A stretch of DNA of 64,000 nucleotides from the human T2T-CHM13v2.0 reference genome, Homo sapiens, in assembly GCA_009914755.4 (NCBI GenBank), contig CP086569.2:1760001-1824000 (forward strand), written 5' to 3'. A program made the translations under genes and the position numbers. Below, piece after piece: positions 1 to 13,715 of this stretch (position 1 is its first letter; every line of letters starts with the position of its first letter). Under the pieces are notes generated by a model that had not been told where the DNA came from, did not search any database, and worked only from the letters and a program-made list of their open reading frames with translations.

Positions 1-178
1 TTTCTGCCTTAAATTCACACTTGAATTTGCCTAAGGTCTTTACATATAGAGTGTCCAGTAGGTCATGTACAGTGAAGGTTTGGTCTTTCACTCAACTGAA
101 GTGTATTCTTATTGTTGTGATTGTTCTTTGAATGGCATACTTTGACACATTTGCAATAACTATGTTAAAAGCATGTTT

Positions 179-534
<356 letters not shown>

Positions 535-689
535 TTAAACAGTCATGAAACTCAATAAATCAGTTTTGAAAGAATTGATCTTCCTACACTTTTGAATTTT
601 CCAATCTGTCCTATTCATTCGATCTTCATAACTCGGCATTTCCAGTGAGAGCCACTCCAACTTCTGAGCACCCTTCATCTTGGACTCCC

Positions 690-731
690 AAAAAGTGCTG
701 ACATTACAGGCATAAACCACTGTGCCCGGCC
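690..731 (-). mobile_element. Short Alu-derived fragment (5' end only)
   Basis: Reverse complement reads GGCCGGGCACAGTGGTTTATGCCTGTAATGTCAGCACTTTTTGG. Confidence 0.4.
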
Positions 732-757
732 TGAAAATGCTATTTTAGTCAGTAGTA

Positions 758-1807
<1,050 letters not shown>

Positions 1808-1939
1808 GACACTGTTTTTGAAAGCATCACACGATGTCTTTTGAAAATGTTTTGGAATCATTTCCTGAGATACTTTTCCCTCCATCTCATTTTCTTTGGA
1901 CTGGATGAAATCCTCACCCTCTCTGCAAGATAAATTTGA

Positions 1940-2830
1940 ATTTTTGGCATGAGAAAACCCAGAGGTCTTTCTTTGCGGGGGGAGTAAATTCTGAAGACTG
2001 TTTTGCTCATTGCAATATCAGGAATCAGCTTGCAGACTGCTCCTCACGCCTCTATGCATGCTCTCCTGGCTCTCCGCAAAGTCGGCAGCAGAGTGGTATT
2101 TGGGCATGGGTCAGCCGACTTATGTAAATATATTACCACTGAGCATTTCATCCATCTGCTAGGATCAGCCCTACCCTTTCTCAGCACTCTGCGGATTTAG
2201 TCTAAAGAGCTTGCAGAACTGCTTGGTATCATCAAGAAGAGCTTGCTCTCCGACAGGAGCCATCTTTATGCTCCAAACCTGACTGCCTGTAATAACTGGC
2301 AGCTTATTGTGTCGAAAAAACCATCCTGAGGCAGGGACTGTGTTCTGAAGATGAGTGGTCTTTGCAGAGCAGGATTTGGTCAGCCACATGCAAGGATGAT
2401 GGCGTAGGAAGACGGGAAAGGCTGAAACTCAGTAATACCTACCTAGAGTTTGGAGTGGCCACACTGCCAGCCGGCGAGCTGTCTAATGATGATTCACCAT
2501 CTCCCTTTCCCGGAGCTTTGCAGGACGATGGCTTGAGAGCTTTCATAACTCATTTAGCCGTGATGATTAATTTGGAACGAGGGATAAAGGTTGTCTCAGG
2601 CCAAAGATTGCCTGCCTTCCTTCACTGACTCAACCCTGATCCGAGATGGAAAATGTGCATTTTAGGACAACACTAAATTTTTAATGCTTTTTAATAGCTC
2701 TTTGCGAGATTACTCAGGGTGAGCTGGAGCTTTGCAAACAAACGCTTATCCCCGTACACTATGTTTACCTGGCGCAATCGGATGCCTTTCATTCAGGACT
2801 GTCCTTGAAGGTCACTGCCTCTATCCTTTC
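1940..2830. promoter_or_regulatory. Unique CpG-retaining segment (candidate conserved non-coding or regulatory element)
   Basis: About 22 CpGs in ~870 bp of non-repeat sequence, roughly twice the genome background. TAAT-rich core at ~2670-2700 (TTAATGCTTTTTAATAGC). No ORF support. Confidence 0.3.
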
Positions 2831-3423
2831 CAGCAGGGATGAAAAGCAAATCAGATTACAGAAATGGCTGAGCTGCCTTTGGAGGTAGTTGTAATAGAGG
2901 GTTTAGGGTGTGTACCGATGTAAGAGCTTGGGGGTTATTTGCAAGCTACATGGAGCTTGAATGTTGTATCAGGATTAGGCTTGGCTGACACGGAAACCCT
3001 AAAACAACAGTGCTTTAAAGCAACAGAAGTTTGTTCCTCTCTTACGTAAAGGTGACCCTGAGGTACACGGTCCAGGGCTGGCATTGTGCCTTTGTGTCAC
3101 ACAGTCCTCAAAAATAAGGCTCATCTTCTTTCCTTGCTTTCCCTCCCCTAGGTCATATTCTCTTTGTCCTCATGATCCAAGACGGTAGCTCTCACACTCC
3201 AGGAAGCACGTGCAGGAAGGAGAGAAGAGAAAGAGGGAAAAAGGCAAATCACGTATGATTTTGAAAGAAAGTTTCTGGTATGTGGCAGCAGCAGTGGGTA
3301 CAGAAAGAAAGAAAAAGGTTTAGCATTTCTAAGGAGTGGGTAGGAGTGGTGTCATTAATTTTAAGCTCTGTGGCCTTGGGAAAGGCTCAACTTCTGTGAA
3401 CCCAAGTTTTGTCTTCCGTAACA

Positions 3424-4390
3424 TGACGACGATGATGGTGATGGTGATGGTGATGACGATGATGGTGATGATGATGGTAATGATGATGGTGATGATGGTG
3501 ATGGTGATAATAGTGATAGTGAGGATGATGATGCTGCTGATGTAATGATGGTGATGATGATGATGGTGATGATATGATGGTGATGATGATGATAATGCTG
3601 ACAGTGATGATGTGATGTGATGATGATAATGGTGATGATGTGATGGTGATGATAGTGATGGTGATGATGGTGATGGTGAGGATGCTGATGGTGATGACGG
3701 TGATGGTGATGATGTGATGGTGATGATAGTGATGGTGATGATGGTGATGATGATGATGGAGATGAGGATGATGGTGATGATGGTGATAATGGTGATAATG
3801 ATGACAGTGATGATGTGATGGTGATGATGATGATAGGGTGAAAATGTGATGATGATGATGGTGATGATATGGTGATGGTGATGGTGATGATAGTGATGTA
3901 TGGTGATGGTGATGGTGATGATAGTGATGGTGATAATGGTGATAATGATGATGGTGATGATGTGATGGTGATGATGATAACGGTGATGATGTGATGGTCA
4001 TGATAATGATGGTGATGATGGTGATGGCAATGATCATGATGATGATAATAGTGGCGATGATGATGGTGATGATGATGGTGATAGTGATGATGGTGATGGT
4101 GATGACAGTGATGGTGTTGATGGTGATAATGATGGTGATGATGTGATGGTCATGATAATGATGTTGATGATGGTGATAGCAATGATCATGATGATGATAA
4201 TAGTGGCAATGATGATGGTGATGATAATGGTGATGGTAGTGATGATGGTGATGATGATGATGCTGATGGAGATAATGGTGATGGTGGTGATAATGATGAT
4301 GATGGTGATGGTGATGACAATGGTGATGGAAATGATGGTGATAGTGATAATGGTGATGGTGGTAATGATGATGATGAGGGTGGTAATAAT
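3424..4390. repeat. (GATGGTGATGATG)n-type minisatellite, ~970 bp
   Basis: Uninterrupted GATGGT/GATGAT/GATAAT iterations. Both-strand ORFs (His/Met-rich and Ser/Pro-rich) are artefacts of the repeat. Confidence 0.95.
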
Positions 4391-5040
4391 GTCACCTGCC
4401 CCACAGAACTGTTAGAAGAGACAAATGAGCTAAATTATACAGTTTCTTGAAAATCATAATGTGTTATACAAACAATAATTGTTGTTCTAGTGAGCCACTT
4501 CTGGTGAAAATCTCTTTTCTCTTGAAGGTTCACATTGCAAAATAACTACTTCAATTAATTAGATAGGGATTATTTATTATTTATGCATTTGTTTCTTTGT
4601 GTGTATGTACCTGTACAAGTGGATGCATTTGTCTATCAAGACAGATATATGAATAGATACCCACTGGATTTTACAATGGAGATTTAAAAACACTCTTTAG
4701 TAAAGACTAACAATTTTTGTTTTTCCAAACTTTCTCCTCACACTAGATAGGCTTGGTTGCAATTTTATGCCATATCCTTATTATTTATTCCATATGCCCA
4801 TTGCACCTTGGATGTGAAGTAGTCATTTCCGTCTCCCTGGTACTTGGCTCTGTGTCTGACACCTACGAGGTGCTCTGCAAAAGTGTCGAGTTGAATTAAA
4901 TTCTGCAATAATGTTAATGAGCCAGATCGAGGTGATGGGTGTGGGAGAGCCGGATATGGCAAGGTGAAAGAGAGAGGGCGGAAAAATAGAACAAACAACA
5001 GAGAAATAAATGAGGTAGAAAAAGGTCACAGCAATAACCT

Positions 5041-5070
5041 GAGAGAGAGAGAGAGAGAAAAAAGAAGAAG
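5041..5070. repeat. (GA)n microsatellite
   Basis: gagagagagagagagagaaaaaagaagaag. Confidence 0.8.
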
Positions 5071-5596
5071 CACAGACAACCACATTGGGTCTTTCCTACC
5101 CATCCATCTAATTTATCAGCAGGTCCCCAATCTGCCCATGTCTCACCACTGCACCTCTGTCCTCACCCTGGCCCAAGTTGCAATAATTTCTCCCTGAACA
5201 ACCAATATAGTTTTTATCTATTCCTCCCATCACCTCCTTCCCCACTATAATCTAGGTAAAGTATCTCAACTGGGCTTCTCCCAGAAACAGACCCTGGGTT
5301 AAGGATTGAGTAACGGAAAGGGTAGGGACACTGACCAGGGTAAGGGCTCTGGCCAGGGCAGGGGGTCAGGGGAAGGTTATACAGGGAAGGGCATACACCA
5401 ATGAGGGGTGAATTATTAAGCCAGCTCTACAGAGGGCACCTAGGACATAATCTTATTGTGATGCTCTGGGAAACAGCATAAAACACCCACCTGGGAATTA
5501 TCCTAGCAGAGGGGTGAGGGAGCTGGGGTGTTGATACTCTATATCCATCAGTAACTGGTGGAGAATGTGACTCTCCTGCACTTTCAGTTTGGCACT

Positions 5597-5885
5597 TGAT
5601 ATGGTTTGGATTGTGTCCCCACCCAAATGTCATGTCAAATTGTGATTCTCCAGTGATGGAGGAGAGGTCTGGTGGGAGGTGATTAGATCATGGGGAAAGA
5701 TTTCTTCCTTGCTCTTCTCATGATAGTGAGTGAGTTCTGATGAGATCTTGTTGTTTAAAAGTGTGTAGCACTTCCCCCTTTGCTCTCTTCCTCCTGCTCG
5801 TGCCATGTAAGACGTGCATGCCTCCCTCCTCTTTGCCTTCTGCCATAATTGTATGTTTCCTGAGGCCTCCCCAGTCATGCTTACT
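5597..5885 (+). mobile_element. MaLR LTR fragment (THE1/MST family)
   Basis: Starts TGATATGGTTTGGATTGTGTCCCCACCCAAATGTCAT...GGTGGGAGGTGATTAGATCATGGGG...GTTGTTTAAAAGTGTGTAGCAC...CTTCTGCCATAATTGTATGTTTCCTGAGGCCTCCCCAGTCATGC. This matches the canonical THE1/MST LTR 5' half. Confidence 0.7.
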
Positions 5886-6235
5886 GTATGTGAAGGGATG
5901 TGAAGTTGTCATTTAGGACCATGGGCCCAGGCTTGAGGGTGGAGCACTTGCCAAGGACCCCACGCTTTTCTACCCAGTATTTCCCTTCCTCCTGTCCATA
6001 TCACCACGAGCTACATGGAGTTCCCAAGGAGGCAATTCTCCTTAGTGCTTCCCATTCACTTGGTAGTCAGAGCTGTAGTCATACAGGCTCAAGCCACTCC
6101 CCAAGTTAGTTAATATTGCAAACCATACGTAATAGTATACTTAATCAATATATCAATGGTACAGGTTAAACATTCCACAACAAACAAAGCAACATTTACC
6201 ATCAAGAGAAAGGGAATAGAAAAGAGGGTTAATAA

Positions 6236-6589
<354 letters not shown>

Positions 6590-6924
6590 TCATGGTCTGA
6601 CATGGTCCTGATGTGGGTGGCCTGTTAACATATGGCAAGAAAGGGTCTTTGATGTGGGCAGAACCTTTGGCATACTCTGCACAGATAGGTAGAGTATTTT
6701 ATTGAGTAATGAAAGTGGCTTTCAGCAGGATGGGGAGCTGAAAAGGGGATGAAATGGGAAGATAGTCTTCTCTTGTAGTTTTATTTGACTTTGTGCCAAG
6801 ATAAAAGGACAAGGGAGAAAAGCCAGAAAGCAGCACACAGCAGCTTTTGTCTCAGCTTCTGACAACCTCCCAGCAATGCAGCACTCAGCCAGGATGCAGA
6901 GAGCAATGTATAAAGAATTAGACA

Positions 6925-7311
6925 GCCTAACATATATACCATGGAATACTATGCAGCCATAAAAAAGGATGAGTTAATGTTCTTTGCAGGGACATGGATG
7001 ATGCTGGAAACCATCATTCTCAGCAAACTAACACAAGAACAGAAAACCAAACACCACATGTTCTCACTCATGAGTGGGAGCTGAACAATGAGAACACATG
7101 GACACAGGGAGGGAACATCACACACTGGGGGCCTGTCAGGGGGTGAGGGGCTAGGGGAGGGAGAGCATTAGGAGAAATACGTAAGGTAGATGATGGGTTG
7201 ATGGATGCAGCAAACCACCATGGCACACACATACCTATGTAACAAACCTGCACGTTCTGCACTGTATACCAGAACTTAAAGTATAATAATTTTTTAAAAA
7301 GTTAAAAAAAA
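6925..7311 (+). mobile_element. L1 3' end (L1PA-like) with poly(A)
   Basis: ATATACCATGGAATACTATGCAGCCATAAAAAAGGATGAGTTAATGTTCTTTGCAGGGACATGGATGATGCTGGAAACCATCATTCTCAGCAAACTAACACAAGAACAGAAAACCAAACACCACATGTTCTCACTCATGAGTGGGAGCTGAACAATGAGAACACATGGACACAGGGAGGGAACATCACACACTGGGGGCCTGTCAGGGGGTGAGGGG...GTAACAAACCTGCACGTTCTGCACTGTATACCAGAACTTAAAGTATAATAA + poly(A). Confidence 0.85.
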
Positions 7312-7639
7312 AGAATTAGACAACTTATTGAAACACTTCTGCCCTGTCCCCTGCCATGCCTTGCCAAATTTATAGCTTCCCATTGTGAAGTTTTATCAGC
7401 ATGAATTTGTAAAGTAATTGAGCAGGGTGCCCCAAAAAGACTTTTGAGAACCTCAAAGTTGTAGTTATTAAAAATTACTCAGTCATGTCTGGAAGGAGCC
7501 GCCTTCATGCTTATGAATATTTTGGGTGGCATCAGGATTTCTTTAGAAAGGGACTCTTAAATCCTTCTGTATGACTTTTCTGGGACTTTCCTAAAAATCG
7601 TGTTCACAAAATGAGTAGTTTCAAACAATAGAGATTCAT

Positions 7640-8178
7640 CCTCTCCCAGTTCTGGAGACCAGGAGTCTGAGATCAAGGTGTCTCAGGACCACACACCCTC
7701 CGGAGGCTCTAAGGAAACCTGCCTCTTCCCACTCCTGGGGGCTCCAGGCATCCCAGGGCTTGTGGCCGCATCACTCCAGTCTCTGCCTCCACCTCCATGT
7801 GGCCTCCTCCTCTGTGTCTGTGTCTCCTCTTCTGTCTTAGAAAGACACCTGTCATTGCATTTAGGGCCCACCCTACTCCAGGACGATCTCATCTCCAGAT
7901 CCTTAACTAACTGCATCTGCAAAGACCTTATTTCCAAATACGGTTCCATTCACAGGTTCTGGAGAACAGGACATCAACATATTTTGGGGGTCGCCATTCA
8001 GTTCCCTCTGGAGGCTCTAGGGGAGGATACTTCTGCATTCAGGACCCATTCTAACCCAAGATGATCTCATCTCAACTAATTCCATCAGCTATGACCCTAT
8101 TTCCAAATAAGATCTCATTCTGAGGTTCTGGGTGGATGTCAATTTGGGAGAAATACTCTTCAACCCACTATACCTTCC
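7640..8178 (-). mobile_element. MLT1-type MaLR LTR (ancient), with internal partial duplication
   Basis: Reverse complement of the MLT1 3' end: CAGTTCTGGAGACCAGGAGTCTGAGATCAAGGTGTCTCAGG. Then ...GCATTTAGGGCCCACCCTACTCCAGGACGATCTCATCTCCAGATCCTTAACTAACTGCATCTGCAAAGACCTTATTTCCAAATA... The GGAGGCTCTAGG...TATTTCCAAATAAGATCTCATTCTGAGGTTCTGGGTGG block occurs twice. Family assignment is from memory of the consensus. Confidence 0.55.
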
Positions 8179-8359
8179 AATGCTGACTAACGTCTGTATT
8201 TAAATAAACTCTGCAATTATCTCAGAAGACTTCCAGAAAGAAACACATGGTGAGTAACATCTATATTTACATAAACTCTGCAGTTATCTCAGAAGACTTC
8301 CAGAAACACAGGGGGAGCATGACACCAAACCCAGAAGGCTTAAATGAAAACAGGGATTA

Positions 8360-8668
8360 GGCCGGTCGCCGTGGCTCACGCCTGTCATCCCACCACTTTG
8401 GGAGGCCGAGGCAGGTGGATCACCTGAGGTCAGGAGTTCGACACCAGCCTGAACAACATGGCGAAACCCCGTCTCTACTGAAAATACAAAAATTAGCCAG
8501 CTTTGGTGGCATCCGCCTGTAGTCCCAGCTATTCGGGAGGCTGAGGCAGGAGAATTGGTTGAACCCAGGAGGCGGAGGTTGCAGAGAGCCAAGATCTTGT
8601 TACTGCACTCCAGCCTGGGCAACCCAGCAAGACTCCGTCTTAGAAAAAAAACAAAAACAAAAAACAAA
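8360..8668 (+). mobile_element. Alu SINE
   Basis: GGCCGGTCGCCGTGGCTCACGCCTGTCATCCCACCACTTTGGGAGGCCGAGGCAGGTGGATCACCTGAGGTCAGGAGTTCGACACCAGCC...A-rich tail. Confidence 0.9.
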
Positions 8669-8744
8669 GTCACTGAGTGGATTAGGTGAGTTCATATACG
8701 GAATGCATGTGTACAGCAGCTCCAGATGCTCGCCAAGGACTATA

Positions 8745-8945
8745 TACGGGACTGTTGGGACTGCTACCACCACTAATACAGCCATTGCTATAGTTACTAT
8801 TACTTCAACAATTAGTACTACCACCACTGCCAGGACTATTGCTACTACCAGTTCTACTATGCTACTTCTGCAATTAATGCTCTTACTACAGCTCGTCAAC
8901 TACCTCATTACTAAAGCCACTGCTAGAACTATTGCTTCCTTTTCT
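8745..8945. repeat. Degenerate (CTA/CCA/CTG)n-like low-complexity tract
   Basis: ACTGCTACCACCACTAATACAGCCATTGCTATAGTTACTATTACTTCAACAATTAGTACTACCACCACTGCCAGGACTATTGCTACTACCAG... with 3-nt periodicity. Confidence 0.5.
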
Positions 8946-9290
8946 CACGGGGGACTGACTTTCATTTGCAATTCCCTGAGGCTTCACGCTCAGCAAAGGG
9001 TCCCCGCACCGACTCACCTGCTCCGCTTGCATCCCTGGCTCAGGAGCAAATGGCCTCCCAGTGGTCCCAAGTGCAGCCCCCTCCCTCCTGGGCCTCAGCC
9101 TTATGTAGACTCAGGCGAGGGCATTTGAAGAAGGGACCTCAGTTGATTCTCTGTTGCAGGACGCCCAAGACGAAGAGAGCACAGACATAGCACGACAGCC
9201 GGAAATAGCCTTTCATAGCCCCTAAATGTGCAGGGCTGGACACAAGTTAGGAATCTGCTTTTCCACTAAGTAGCTTGTGGAATGCACCTC

Positions 9291-10713
9291 TGTGTGTGTG
9301 TGTGTGTGTGTGTCTTCCTGTCTCTTTCTCTCTCTGCCTCTCTCTTCCTCCCTCTTTCTCCCACTCTCTCTTTCTCCCACTCTCTCTGATTTCCTCTATC
9401 CCTCTTCTCTCTCTCCTCCTAGTCTTCCTCTCTCTCAGTCCTCTGCCTCTCTCTCTTCCTGGCTTTCTGTCTCTCCTCCTCCCTCTCTCTCTTTCTTCCT
9501 CCCTCTCTGCCTTTCTTCCTCTCTCTCTCTCTCTCCCTTCCTCTCTCTCTTCCTCCCTCCCTCTCTGTCTCTCTCTCACTCTCTTCTCTCTCCCTCTTCC
9601 TGTTTCTCTTCCTCCCTCTCTCTTCCTCCGTCTCTTCCTCTCTCTCTCCTTCCTTTTCTTCCTCTGTCTCTTCGTCTCTTTCCTTCTCTTTCTTCCTCTC
9701 TTCCTCTCTCTGTCTCTCTCTCCCCCTTCCTCTCTTTCTCCCTCCCTCTCTGTCTCTCTCATTCTCTTCTTCTCTCTTTTGCCCTTTTCTCTCTTCCTCT
9801 GTCTCTTCCTCCCTCTCTCTTCCTCTCTCCCTCTCCTTCCCTCTCTTTCTTCCTCTCTTCCTCTGTCTGTCTCTCCCTCTTCCTCTCTTCCTTCCTCCCT
9901 GTCTCTCTTTCTCTTCTCTCTCCCCCTCTTCCTGCCTCTCTTCCTCTCTCTTCCTCCCTCTTCCTCCCTCTCTTCCTCTCTCTTCCTCCTTCTCTGTCTT
10001 TCTTCCTCTCTTCCTCTCTCTGTCTCTCCCTCTTCCTCTCTCTCTTCCTTCCTCCCTCTGTCTCTCTCTCATTCTCTTCTTCTCTCTCCCCCTCTTCCTG
10101 CCTCTCTTCCTCTCTCTTCCTCCCTCTTCCTCCCTCTCTTCCTCTCTCTTCCTCCTTCTCTGTCTTTCTTCCTCTCTTCCTCTCTCTGTCTCTCCCTCTT
10201 CCTCTCTCTCTTCCTTCCTCCCTCTCTGTCTCTCTCTCATTCTCTTCTTCTCTCTCCCCCTCTTCCTGCCTCTCTTCCTCTCTCTTCCTCCCTCTCTTCC
10301 TTCTTCCCTCTCTGTCTCTCTCTCATTCTCTTCTTCTCTCTCCCCCCTTCCTGCCTCTCTTCCTCTCTCTTCCTCCTTCTCTGTCTTTCTTCCTCTCTCT
10401 GTCTCTGTCTCCCTATTCTCTTTCTTTCTCCTTCTGTCTCTCTCTCATTCTCTTCTCTCTCTTCCCCTTCCTGTCTCTCTTCCTCCCTCTCTCTCCTTCC
10501 CTCTCTGCCTTTCTTCCTCTCTCTCTCTCCCTCTTCCTCTCTTTCTCCGTCCCTCTCTCTCTCATTCTCTTCTTCCCTCTCTTCCCCTTACTGTCTTCTT
10601 GTCTGTCTTCCTCCCTCTCTCTTCCTTTATCTTTCTTTCTCCCTTCCTCTCTTCCTTTCTTCCTCTCTTCCTCTGTCTCTCTCTCCTCCCTCCTCTCTCT
10701 TCCTCTCTCTCCT

Positions 10714-10744
<31 letters not shown>

Positions 10745-10768
10745 GACACACACACACACACACACACT
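9291..10768. repeat. Polypyrimidine (CT-rich) tract, 1.48 kb, bounded by (TG)n and (CA)n, with ~180 bp higher-order repeats
   Basis: Begins TGTGTGTGTGTGTGTGTGTGTC, then TCTCTC/CTTCCT iterations throughout. The block ...CCTCTCTTCCTCCCTCTTCCTCCCTCTCTTCCTCTCTCTTCCTCCTTCTCTGTCTTTCTTCC... recurs at ~9940, ~10120 and ~10300. Ends CACACACACACAGACACACACACACACACACAC. Confidence 0.95.
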
Positions 10769-10789
10769 CCCCAGGACTGTATTCACCCA

Positions 10790-10975
10790 TGCTTTTTAAA
10801 ACAGAATCAATTCCAGACATATTCTGATAGAATGTCAAACAAGAAAGAAATAAAGAAGTGTTTATGCTGAGATTTAAAAACAACACCAGCAGCAACGACA
10901 GAACCTATACCGTTTTGACTTCATTCCAACCACAAGAAATGACACAGCAATACTGAGTAGCCAACTACTGATAGG
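10790..10975 (+). repeat. Arm A of a ~185 bp inverted-repeat pair
   Basis: CAGAATCAATTCCAGACATATTCTGATAGAATGTCAAACAAGAAAGAAATAAAGAAGTGTTTATGCTGAGATTT...GAACCTATACCGTTTTGACTTCATTCCAACCACAAGAAATGACACAGCAATACTGAGTAG. Confidence 0.7.
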
Positions 10976-11561
10976 AACTAACCGGAACAAAATATAAGTG
11001 ATAAACATTTCAGCAGATACATAAAATAATTCTCCAAATATCTCTTCTTAGGTAGGTCTCCTTCCCAACTGGACGTTACTCTTGGTAGCATATATCCACT
11101 GGGGAAATTTTAGAAAATATTTTAATTATTTATAAAGTCTCCCAGTTTAAACTGCAATGTGGCAAAAGACGTTCTTCCTAATTAGAGGGCCGTAGTCTAC
11201 GTAGGAAAAATATCAAACAAATTAAACTCATAGAGGTTTCATCTCTCAGAGAGGAATATGCACGTGATTTGGACGTATTTAGAAAATCCTATTAAAGATA
11301 TTTTGTTCCTGTTGTGTGGCTTGATAGAGCCGACGAGAGGGCTGAGCTAGCTATGCTCTGAGTTTTGCAAGACTTTTAACAATCATAACCTGTTTGACTT
11401 TCCGTGTTTCAGGCATGTTGAAGTGCCTGTTGACAATCAGCCCTCTTTACACTTTCCTAACCACTCTGAAGGCAGAAATCAACCATGACAAAAACGGTTT
11501 GATTTAGAGGATTAGACCATTCCACTCAAAATTCATTCACTTACTTAGAAAGTAGTTTCCT

Positions 11562-11878
11562 GGCCGGGCACAGTGGATCACGCCTGTCATCCCAGCACTT
11601 TGGGAGGCTGAGGCGGGCGGATCACCTTAGTTCGGGAGTTTGAGACCAGCCTGGCCAACATGGTGAAACCCCGTCTCTACTAAAAATACAAAAATTAGCC
11701 AGGCGTGGTGGCGGGCGCCTGTAGTCCCAGCTACTCAGGAGGCTGAGGCATGAGAATCGCTTGAACCCGGCGGGCGGAGGTTGCAGGGAGCCGAGATCCT
11801 ACCATTGCACTCCAGCCTGGGCGACAAGAGCAAAACTCCATCTTAAAAAATAAAAAATAAAAATAAATTAAAAAAGAA
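11562..11878 (+). mobile_element. Alu SINE inside the inverted-repeat-bounded segment
   Basis: GGCCGGGCACAGTGGATCACGCCTGTCATCCCAGCACTTTGGGAGGCTGAGGCGGGCGGATCACC...A-rich tail. Confidence 0.95.
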
Positions 11879-12059
11879 AATAGTCTCCTGTGTATCCCTT
11901 GGGTTTGCAGCATGTGACAATTACCAAGTGAAATATAGTTAATGGAATAAACTATATTTAAAAGTATTTTAACAGTATTTTGAAAAAAAAAAAATATATA
12001 TATATATATAATTCTACCATGATCTCAGGGAGAATTCTTGAGAAGGATTTTTTTTTTTC

Positions 12060-12245
12060 CATCAGTATTGACTACTCAATATTACTATGTCATTTCTTGT
12101 GGCCGAAATGAAGTGAAAACGTATAAACGGTATAGGTTCTACCTTTTTTTAAAAAAAAAATCTCAGCATGTTCTTTATTTTTTCTTGTTTGACATTCCCC
12201 CAGAATATGTCTAGAATTGATTCTCTTTTACATTTTCACTGAGAA
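12060..12245 (-). repeat. Arm B of the inverted-repeat pair (reverse complement of 10790-10975, ~85% identity by eye)
   Basis: CTCAATATTACTATGTCATTTCTTGTGGCCGAAATGAAGTGAAAACGTATAAACGGTATAGGTTC...ATCTCAGCATGTTCTTTATTTTTTCTTGTTTGACATTCCCCCAGAATATGTCTAGAATTGATTCTC. Confidence 0.7.
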
Positions 12246-12399
12246 CCCAGAAGGCAGCCATTTTTCGGAAAATGTGTTTGACTCACAGCTGTTATCTCCT
12301 GCCATTTCTGTGATTATCGCTTCCATCCCATTCTCCTCTATAGGAATTCCAGCTTCTCCCAAGTTAGCTTCAATAGATAAATGAAATAACTACATAAAA

Positions 12400-13560
<1,161 letters not shown>

Positions 13561-13574
13561 TTTACTATAAAAAG

Positions 13575-13715
13575 CCCTCAGAAGGAATGAACCCTGCCAG
13601 CACCTTGATCTGGCACCCCTGGCTCCCAGCATTGTCAGAGGAGGAGGATTATAAAACAACCTTCTGGCCCCCAGCGTTGTGAGAAAATGCATTGCTATGG
13701 CTCACGTCACCCTGT
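13575..13715 (+). mobile_element. Possible MaLR (MLT1-like) LTR 3' fragment
   Basis: ACCCTGCCAGCACCTTGATCTGGCACC...CAGCGTTGTGAGAAAATGCATTGCTATGG resembles the MLT1 segment ACCCTGCTGACACCTTGATCTTGGACTTC...CAGAACTGTGAGAAAATAAATTTCTGTTG. Confidence 0.3.

Noticed and set aside
3336-4415. ORFs of 216 aa (His-rich) and 69-90 aa (Met/Val-rich) over the GATGGTGATGATG minisatellite, and the analogous 220-354 aa ORFs at 51220-52795
   Set aside because: They are an artefact of a stop-free 3n-periodic tandem repeat read in every frame on both strands, not histidine-rich proteins.
9275-10870. Very long ORFs (531 aa, 516 aa on plus; 273 aa and 171 aa on minus) across the CT-rich tract
   Set aside because: They are translations of a pure polypyrimidine/polypurine low-complexity repeat (poly Leu/Ser/Pro or Arg/Glu/Lys). 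There is no start context, no codon-usage signal, and open frames exist in several phases at once.
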